NCBI GenBank assembly: GCA_032718475.1
Contig: JAUCBJ010006871.1
Coordinates: 1-44,829, forward strand
Reading direction: 5' to 3'
DNA: 44,829 nt
Source: Nemertoderma westbladi
Taxonomy: Eukaryota; Animalia; Xenacoelomorpha
Made by a program: the position numbers and the translations under genes. The notes beneath the pieces are model-generated. The model ran no database searches. It was not told the DNA's origin and saw only the letters and a program-made list of their open reading frames with translations. This document shows positions 35,570 through 44,829 of the stretch, piece by piece. Position 1 is the stretch's first letter. Every line of letters starts with the position of its first letter.

Positions 35570-38160
35570 CCTGACATACTTGACTTGACATTGCATTGAC
35601 TTGAAATATACCCCATTTGGCTTTGTCATCCTTCAGTTGATATACTTCAATTCCCATACTTGATTTGACATACACATACTTGACTTGAAATTCTTCTGCC
35701 AAGAGAAGTCAAATATGCTAAGTTAAGTACGTCAACTTTAAGTCAAGTAAAGTGATCACTTAAACATAAACAGGCTATGATTTCTACATTATTTATGTAT
35801 ACATTTTATCATTGTCACCACTATATTTCGTCAATTTAGTCGATGAAATGCCAAAGGTGTAGAAAAATAAACATTTAACCCTATTAGTACCGGGCTATAA
35901 AATGTTGTACAAATACCGGGGGGGGGGGGGGGTCATATTGACCCCCCCCCCTCTAAAATCTACAAATATTTACGAAAACGTCTGATTTTTTGTTTGTACG
36001 TAGGTATCACTTGTCTGGATCCGACCGAAAAAAAAATTTCGAAAAAATGTACTGGGGTGGTTATATTGCAGCACCAAAATTACAAGTAGTGCACAATTTT
36101 CACAAAATTTGAAAGTTACATTTTCGGCTAATTATTTTTCAATACAGGTTTTTTGGGGTGCAAAATACATTGGAAAATATTTAAAAATGATATGATTACT
36201 ATAAATGGCTGTTTAGTCCTCTCTGCTTAGGAAAAAAATGAAAAAAACAAGTAACCAGCACTTTTCAGTTAGAACACAAAATTTTTAATTCACTTATACG
36301 ATGCTATAAATTCACATTTTCAGGTTTTCGAGGGCGCTGATTCTAATGGAAAACATTTATAATATGCCAGATCATTGCTACTTGTACTTTTCGGCGTAAT
36401 TTGGCAAATTTTGGTGCTAGCACCAAATTTCGTACCCATTTTACCCATTTGGTGCTGGCACAACAATTTTCACCCACCGGCGAAAAATACAAGTTTGAGA
36501 ACTCTTATGAAATTTTACTGATTCCATTGAATTCAGAACCATCACAAACCCGTATAACGCAAGAAACAAGGTGACACAATCAATTGATATATTTGATGGT
36601 TTTCAAAATTTGGTGCCAGCACCTCATTTTGCACCCACATCCGAAAAATACAAGTTTGAGATGTCTAGTTCGATAATTATATTTTCCATTGAATTCAGAA
36701 CAGCCATAAACCTCTAAAACGCAAGAAATAAATTGTCACAAGCAATTTTATATATTGAATGGATTTTCAAAATTTCATGCTAGCACCAAAATTTGCACAC
36801 AGCACCGAAAAATACAAGTTTGATACGCTTGGTGCAACTCGTATATTTTTCATCGAATCCAGAACCCCCAAAAAACCCCAATTGCGTAAAAAACAAGTTT
36901 CAAACAATCAATTTAAAAAATTGACTTATTTCAAAATTTGGTGCTGGCACCAAAATTTGTGACCCATCGAAAAAAACAAGTTTGAAATTTCTAAATCAAT
37001 TTATATGAATTCCATCCAATTTCTAACACCAAAAAACCGGTGTAAATCAAAAATAGAGATGTTACAATTCATATTTAATGAAATGTAATTTTCAAAAAAA
37101 CGTCAAAAACGTTCAAAAAAAAAGTGCCAAAAGTAGGGTTAAAAAATGGTGCTATAACTCAAAAAGTACCCAATATTTTTGAAAACGGTTTTCACAACCA
37201 TGAAGACAATAGATTTTTAGGAAAAGTCATAAAATTTCAGATTCCCAACTGCGTTTGTTTCAGAATTATAATAAAAAAACCACGGCCCCCCCCCCCCCCC
37301 CCCCCCCCCCGGGTTTAATAGGGTTAAAGTCACAAATACGCCACAAATAATCCAAGTCGACATTTTATATATAGGAATATATAATGTAACAAATTCTCCA
37401 ATCGGTGTTGATAAAACGCCTTTCGTATAAAAAATAAATCTAAAGGGTTACAAATACGTCACATACAAAGCTTGTCTTCACATCGCGGAAAGTTTTGCTA
37501 TCAGTCGCATTTTTTCTAAGCCCTGACATATTATGGCATTAAGCCTATTTATATTAGCCTACTGTACCAGACTGAAAATGATATTTTTTAGATTGTTGGC
37601 TGGTCATATTTACTTAACATACTGTACTTTATTTGACATACAGTATTTGACTTAGCATACTCTACTTGACATAATTGACTTGACATACTTGACTTGACAA
37701 AGTTGACTTCACTTGATATACTTTGCTTAACATACTAAACTTGACTTGACATATTTGAATTGACCTGACTTGAAATTCTTCAGTAAAGACAAGTCAAATA
37801 GGTAAATTCAAGTCAAGTATTACAAGTTAAGTAAAGTAGGCCTTAAAGTCAACTTATGTCAAGTTTAGTGATTACTATAACAGGCTTATGGATGACTACT
37901 ACATTCTGAAAGTTTACATTTTTTTAATGTCACCACTTAATCGCATAATGGAACTATTTCGTCAATTGAAGTCGATAAAACTCCAAAATGTAGAAAAAAA
38001 TAAATATTTAAAGTCACAAAAACACTACAAATATTATAATTGGTGATTTTATATTGTAGAAATGTATAATGTAGCAAATTCTACAATCGGTGTCGATGAA
38101 ACGCCATTTGAATAAAACAATAAATCTAAAGGGCTACAAATACGTCAAAAATAAAGCCAA
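35570..38160. repeat. Diverged tandem duplication of a (ttgac)n-rich unit; the first unit is split by the TTAA element
   Basis: 35570-35878 plus 37324-37470 aligns with about 37620-38160. Confidence 0.75.
35879..37323 (+). mobile_element. Complete TTAA-flanked non-autonomous DNA transposon (piggyBac-type), 1445 bp
   Basis: TTAA|ccctatta ... taataggg|TTAA, internal tggtgctagcacca repeat units, no transposase; a paralogous empty TTAA site is at 38008-38011. Confidence 0.92.
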
Positions 38161-38164
38161 GTCG

Positions 38165-39685
38165 CAGAGGAAAGAAACGGAAGAAAGCCCGAAGAAAGAA
38201 CGAGAGTGCATAACGTTACCCAAGGTAAGGTGAGTAACATCAAACCAAAATGTGCGCTGTGCGACGGGCCCCACCGTTTGAGTGCGTGTGCTGAATTTCT
38301 AAAGAAATCCCTTGTAGACAGACGTACAGTCCTGTGGAATAAGCGGTTATGCTATAATTGCCTCAGATCAGGACACCAACGGCGAACCTGTTACTCCGAC
38401 GTAAAGTGTGCAAAGTGTGGCGCGAAACATCACATCTTGTTACACAGTGAGTTCGAACGAGACAACCCGAGTCAGGTAAGTGAGCCCGAACTACATGTCC
38501 AATTCAGTGATGTAAATGACACTGATCAAGAATCTGAGATGGAAGGATTCTATACTGACGAATTCTCCGACGCCAACGAATCCTGTTACTCTAATCAATA
38601 CCGCGGTGTATCGAGCACTTACTTATGAAAAGGACACCGACAATGAGTTTCCCCCAACTACTTTTGCCAGACAACCATCTTGGAAAGCTCCAACTTCCAA
38701 CGTAGGAATCAGAGAATTTCCTGTAGTGCAGGTAAGAGTTCACGGTCCTAACAAAAGTTACATAGTGAACGCCCTCCTTGACTCCGGCAGCACAGGAACA
38801 TTCATCGATCAAGAACTAGCCGAAGATATCTTTGCTGGACAACCCAAATTCCGGACTAAATTGAATATGTCAGGAATTATGCAGGTTTGGAAATCTACCC
38901 TAACGGCAGATTACTATGTAGGTGTGTTGTCCACCCCCCAGGATAAATTAGGAGCACAAGGTATAAGGTCGGTAAAAATGGTGGCTATAAAGAACTTCGC
39001 TACTACCCAAGCAGACCTTTATAATTGGGACGAGGATGAGAGCATCCAACATCTTAAGATACCTCGATTCCAGACAGATTATCCTGGAGTGCAAATACTC
39101 ATCGGCCAAAACGCGCATGAGGCGCTCGAGACATTGGAGAAACGGCCTGCTCAACCGCAGCCACTACAAACCTATGCGGTAAGAACTAGAGTAGGTTGGT
39201 ACTTCACTGGCCCTTCCCGTAGAACTCTCAAAGAGAGATTACCTCAACAACAGGTATACCAAGTAAAGGAATGGGAAGTGGAGAGCAGTGATGTGGACGA
39301 TCCAACTGAGGGAACACCATACTCCTCAGATAATGACGATATTAACTCCAATGTAGATCAATGGAGACATTGCCTTGGGACGATTAATCCAGCCGACATC
39401 GCTTCCAGAGGAGCAACTCCTCAAGAACTGATAGATACTCCAGGCTGGTTAGGTGGATCCGACTTCTTAAGTAAAGAAGAAGAAGAATGGCCTCCTCATC
39501 TTACCACGGCGGAGATTAGACAGGCCAAGGGAGCGGAGAAAGTAACACAACAACTCAATCGCCCAGCTAGTCGTTTATGTTTACTGGAAAGAGACCGAAA
39601 ACTGTCCGGAAACTATGGAAGGCAAGATACTCTTCCTACGACCACTTCCCTAATCCGACAAATATCTAGGGACTCCATAACGTAA
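38165..39685 (+). mobile_element. Internally deleted BEL/Pao gag-pol remnant (zinc knuckles, protease, end of RNase H region, end of integrase)
   Basis: CALCDGPH...C...LCYNCLRSGH...C...CAKCGAKHHILLH (BEL triple knuckle), ALLDSGSTGTF (protease), RTRVGW, QWRHCLGTINPADIASRG..W..G..FL, RPASRLCLLE. One frameshift near 38615. Confidence 0.92.
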
Positions 39686-40233
39686 TAACATATGGAGTGG
39701 GCGTGTGACTATATCATTTTATATTTGTTTTTATTTTATATTTATGTATGTATTATTATGTAATTTTATTATAATCGTTTCCTTTAATTTTATTTAGTAG
39801 AATGTTATTTTAGTGATTATTTAGTAGATTAGTGCAATATATTAGTGTTTATTACGTACGTAATTACTTATAATATATTTAGTGCGACGGCGAGAAATAA
39901 TTATTTTTTCTCTTTCCTTACTGTCCGTATCATATTATAAATACGTGACTACAGTAAGATGAAATGTCCGTACTTATTAAAGTACAATAAAGCTCCTACT
40001 ATACTTAAGTATTATTGGTAGGCAGAGTATTAGGAATGCAAAGTTCAGATCCTCGTGTCTCGGCTAAACCAAGCTCTGGGTAGACCTTGGAAACGACTTG
40101 CCTCTTCACACTGACATTGCTTCGTGCGATATTGCTCTTCTACCTTATATTAAATAATACATATAGTAGCGTGATGTCCCTCTAACAGTAGCGTAAAACG
40201 CAAATAAATCTGTTAAACCTTTTGACCATCTGT

Positions 40234-40505
40234 AATTCTAGTCGATTAAGATATCGCGGCACCCACCGATATACTTGAAAGACAAATTCTAGAATCAGTG
40301 GTTAACGTCCCCAGACAAGCTCTGGAATAAATCGGTGCCCATCTTAAATATTAATTTAATATTTAGTAAAATCTGTAAAATTCAGATCCGTTAACAATTC
40401 TAGTCGATTAAGATATCGTAGCACTTACCGATACTCTTAAAAGACAAATTTCATAGAATTAAGGATCCTATGTCCCCAGACCTGCTCTGGAATCAAATTG
40501 TGTCA
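40234..40505. repeat. Imperfect direct repeat, period about 162 bp
   Basis: aattctagtcgattaagatatcg...aaagacaaatt...gtccccagac..gctctggaat at 40234 and 40396. Confidence 0.85.
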
Positions 40506-41314
40506 ATTTTAACATCAAATAATAAAATTCATGGGAATAAATTTAAATTCATATTTTAAATGAATTTCATAAATTGTCGTTTTATGCAATTTATAACATT
40601 CCCAAAATTCCATTAATTAATAGATCATGGGAGCGGAGATTCATCCTATTGAGTGTATTAGAGTGCGAGAATCTCCAACATATAGTCAATAGCCGATAAA
40701 ATTAATAAAATCATGCATAAAGAGGATATTGACAATTAAAGAATTATTATTAAATAGCATCCCAGATCTGTATGCATGAGAATTACCCTAATTCTACCGC
40801 TAGCATTCCATAATGTCACCATAGCAACACCCACGCTAGAATTAGAAGCAAGTTAAGAGAACAATAGAAAGCTTGTCCCATTGCATAGCATAGAGAATAC
40901 ATAGCACACTGTTAGTATCCAAGGATACACAGTAATAACGTGACATTCTGGAAGGCACTGACTAACGGACAAATGGCCTGTATGTGTACAATTGGTGACA
41001 GTTGTGTGGAATTTGTGCGTTTATAGGTGAATGTTACTGCTAAGGTGTGTTTACAGTAGCTAGTCGCAATTGTGAAAGTAGCCCAACTCTCCTATAGAAA
41101 GAACCTAAAGTGGATTCAAGCCTTTGGGACGGACAGTGGAGTGACTTGTGCCGGTTATCGTTGTCGTGCTGTTGCTACATGTTGGCGTAAACACCGCGAC
41201 GACGGTACATCGGCGCTGAGAATCCCACTGTCCGGGGGCGAAGAGAGGTAGGCAGCGACGCCCGCTCGCCTAAACATAAACTCATTACAATATTAATAAA
41301 CTCAGATAGCAGAT

Positions 41315-42511
41315 ATGACGGAGTTGATAGAAGATGATCTTGGTATCAGGGAGCGATATACTCTACCTTTACAAGCATTTGTGGATAGCTTGATACGCGG
41401 TGAAACCGATCCAACCATTACGGAGGACGATGGTCGTTATATCGAACCGCCGATGTCCCAAGAGCAACTTACGCGTGAATTGGACTATCGAAAATTCACC
41501 GCTCGCTATACGCATCGTAATAGTACGTATATGGACTTCCTAACTACCGGCCATCCTATCGATTTACATGATACGGACGATGTAGACACCGAAAGGGAAA
41601 TGGTTCTATTTAAATATCATACCCAGCGGAGTCGTAACGATAAACCGAGAATAGATCACGAAAATTCTATTCGTAACAGACTGGGAAGACGAACCAGTAT
41701 GCCTAGAATCTGAGGAGATTCAGCCTATCGCGCCCGGAACAGCGACAACGATTACATCCTAGAATGGTATCAAGGTCCACAGTGTCTCACTGCGTACGAT
41801 TATCGACATGCCAACTATGTTTCTAGGCAACGTTGTCGGTTATGCGCATCGAGAGACCACGATACGCCCATGGACACCAACGTCCGCTGTTCCTATTTCC
41901 AAGAACAACCGACTATGGAAATTTATTGCGCATATTGCAGACTCAATAACTTGCATATCTTTGCGGTTTGCCCTCAATTTATGACTCAATGTCACCATTG
42001 TCAACTAAAGGGACATGCCAGTTTCGATTGCCCTTTTAATCATGATTTGGAAAGCGTAGATGAAATGATCACACTACGTTACATCAGAGCTTGGGAAGCG
42101 AACGCTGATTTACATTGTGATTCGCGCCATCGCTATATATATCGACGGCCTTACGAATACCGAGCCCGCGAACGCGAGTTGGAAAGAACCATTAAACCCC
42201 GGAGGTTTCTAACTGCCTATGGTCCACCCACAGCCCTCGTTCAGACCACTCGTAGGGGACCCGTAAGAGCGGCTGTCTTGAAACGAGCTCTCAAAGCCGT
42301 TAGACTCCTCTCACCTGACGTTGATGTCAATCAACCTGGTATTTCGACTGGCGGATACACCGACCATAATCCTACACCCTCTGATGCAATCATATTGCAC
42401 CCTTCACCCAGGAGTTATAGCCCTCCTTGTAAAGTGGCTCGCCCCAAAGAGAAAAGGACTCTGGCTAGCTTTAAAAAACTGCGTAAACGCCGTCCGCGCA
42501 AGAAAGACTAA
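41315..42511 (+). CDS. Zinc-knuckle protein of about 398 codons with one in-frame TGA (41711-41713); probable retroelement accessory ORF
   Basis: ORFs 41315-41713 and 41870-42511 are in the same frame with an open 52-codon bridge. Motifs CRLCASRDH, CAYCRLNNLHIFAVC, CHHCQLKGHASFDC; basic C-terminus KKLRKRRPRKK. Confidence 0.65.
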
Positions 42512-42699
42512 CTGTTTAGAGTATTTACGTATATTAGAAACTGTGATTTTGTATATTTTATAGACTCAAATCCCATTTTCTGGGAGCGGTGTAAAAGCTT
42601 CTGTGGGATATAACTGGCCCCTTTGCTTCGCAATCCAGTTTCCCCCCAGGCGCTGGAATACTCTAAAAGGTTCTCTAACTGTATATATATTCCCCTCGC

Positions 42700-43538
42700 C
42701 CGCAAGGTACTGTTACAGGTGTTTTAACGGACATAAAAGTCATTCGTCTATATACCTGCTTTGGCGGACATGGTAAGGCAAAAAACCCGCAATATACCAA
42801 ATACCTTTACACGGCTTGGCCTTGATGATTCAGATTGCGACATCTAGCAGCTGGTTGCTGGCATGGAAACAGCCATTGGACGCACGGTTCTTTGTTTGGT
42901 TTGAGCCAATCAGAGCGATTTTTTCTGTCGACGTGTAGATATTCGGCCGATGATACTGGGAGTGTTCAGTCTTACTGTTTTTTGTGATACTGTTGTGTTA
43001 TTGCTATCTAGGCCAGGAACACCGGCTCTAGAGTCAACTCGGTTTTCATACTTTAGAAGAAAGTTAGAAATTAGTAGGCTTAAATTATAGAGCGTATAAC
43101 CGTTATCTTATCTAATCATATCAACTGATCGCAATTCAGTCTTACATTATCGGTTCAATATACATTATTATACTGCTATTTACTATTGTTTGGTTGAATA
43201 TTATTTGGAGAACATTTATAAAGAACCCAAATTTCCCAATTTTCTTGATACACTACAGGTTAGAGAGACGGGTTATATATAGCGATTGCGACTTATATTA
43301 TTGTGTATGTAGTGAATTTAATGCTATTTGATAAGCACTACATTGGTCCGTTGCTGTTCTCTTTATATATGATAAAAATCATTGACGGTCGGCAAATTAG
43401 TGGGCAGTATTGTGTGTTACCGGTAGTGTGCATGATTATGACTGATAACTAAGCATTTCCTAAAGAATGCGCCTCATACGTGAATCATAAGCCTTACCGA
43501 CTTGCCGTTGTGATTAGTATAAGTCATATCTCTGTTTA
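42700..43538 (+). repeat. Second copy of the 850 bp interspersed repeat
   Basis: Reverse-complement similarity to 33684-34546. Confidence 0.85.
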
Positions 43539-43823
43539 CCTAGATAGAGCGCCACGTCCTAAAGGAACGGTTAATATTTCCCGAAAGTGAATAATATTAG
43601 TCAGAAATTATTTATTAACGATCAATCGAATAATACAATACAGTAAGCTTACACTGCAATAATAATCTAAGCCCTCAGAATCCAGCCCCCCGGGTATATC
43701 CAGCGGGTGAATGGACGCGCACTAGGCTGGCTTCTGCTAATGTTGTGTTTATTGGTATTAAATATTTGTCATCTTCTAAAGTCTATTTATAAACCAAAAG
43801 ACATATAAATTTTGGCAGGTTAA

Positions 43824-44696
43824 ACTGCTAAAGGTCTTCAAAAGCGCGTACAAACCCTTTTTGCTGATGATACAAGTCTAATTAAACATTTAAATAACAT
43901 ACCAGAATTAATTTCCTCCGTAAACCACGATATAAATGACATTGTAGATTGGTTAATTGATAATAAACTTTCACTCAATCTCAAGAAAACAGAATATACA
44001 TTATTCTCTAACTCAACACTCTCCCAGGATTCTCTGCCCAAAGTAAAAATTAAAGGTGCAGAAATTTCCAAAGTTAGCTACACAAAATACCTTGGAGTTG
44101 TAATTGATAATAAACTTAACTTTAAAGAGCACATAGCTTACATATTGAAAAAGATTTCCAAATCTGCAGGAATATTTTATAGGCTTCGAAAAATCTTTCC
44201 ACTTCATATCTTACGTATGTTGCTCTTTGCACTTATCCATCCATATATACAATATGCTATCGTTATCTGGGGTAGCACTTCATCCACGATGTTGAAACCC
44301 ATACGAGTCAAAGTAAATAAAGTTCTACGAGCAATTACCTTCAGTCACTGGCAATCATCATCGCTCCCGCTTTACCAACAACTAAATATCCTCCCCTTAG
44401 AACAGTATGAACAGTATAAATATGAGGTTTGTAAAGTAATGTTTGACGTATATAATAATGTTTCCACTCCTCTGACACCGCTATTCCGTAAGGCATCTGA
44501 GATCCACTCCCACAACACACGCTTTGCAGCCTCTGGTCTATTTCATCCTCCTAAAGTCCGTCTGAAGGTTGCTGAGCAATCACTGTCTTTTCAAGGACCT
44601 CGACTTTGGAACAGTCTAGCAATCTCTTATAGGGAAATCAAGAGTAAACCTGTGTTTCTTAAACTTCTGAAGCATGAATTACTAAAATATGAATAA
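43824..44696 (+). mobile_element. 5'-truncated LINE ORF2 (CR1/L2/Crack-like RT C-terminus)
   Basis: Open frame LFADDTSL...WLIDNKLSLNLKKTEY...KYLGVVIDNKLNFKEHI...YAIVIWG...GPRLWNSL, followed by a short 3' UTR and a microsatellite. Confidence 0.93.
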
Positions 44697-44760
44697 TAGC
44701 AACTACGGTATAACTGTACGCCTAACTAAAATTGTATGCATGACGCAAAATATATTATTT

Positions 44761-44829
44761 ATATATATATGTGTGTGTAGGTATATATGTATGTGTGTGT
44801 ATATATATTGTATATATATATGTGTGTAT
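44761..44829. repeat. (TA)n/(TG)n microsatellite
   Basis: Directly visible. Confidence 0.9.

Noticed and set aside
39704-40190. 3' LTR of the BEL remnant (GGAGTGGGCG|TGT start)
   Set aside because: It looks like a PPT/LTR junction, but there is no second copy in the window and a competing junction exists at 42590; left unresolved.

Overview
AT-rich eukaryotic, most likely invertebrate, genomic DNA dominated by nested and decayed transposable elements; it is not prokaryotic. Host-type genes are an intact single-exon class A GPCR (29106-30350, minus) and two in-frame spliced exons of an LRRC51-like leucine-rich-repeat gene (14215-15591, minus). Mobile DNA includes Helitron-like Rep and GIY-YIG remnants, two BEL/Pao LTR-retrotransposon fragments, a CMC/EnSpm remnant (transposase plus DUF4806-like gene) with nested MITEs, a Helentron-type non-autonomous element, two copies of a TTAA (piggyBac-type) element, and two LINE 3' fragments. 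The most striking element is a young 6.77 kb LTR element (22056-28827; near-identical LTRs, AGGTG TSD). It has no pol, one very long low-complexity Gag-like frame, an array of short hairpins, and no tRNA PBS but a possible self-priming site. A second BEL-derived region is followed by an extra zinc-knuckle ORF behind a structured leader. Family calls come from motif recognition by eye, not database searches.
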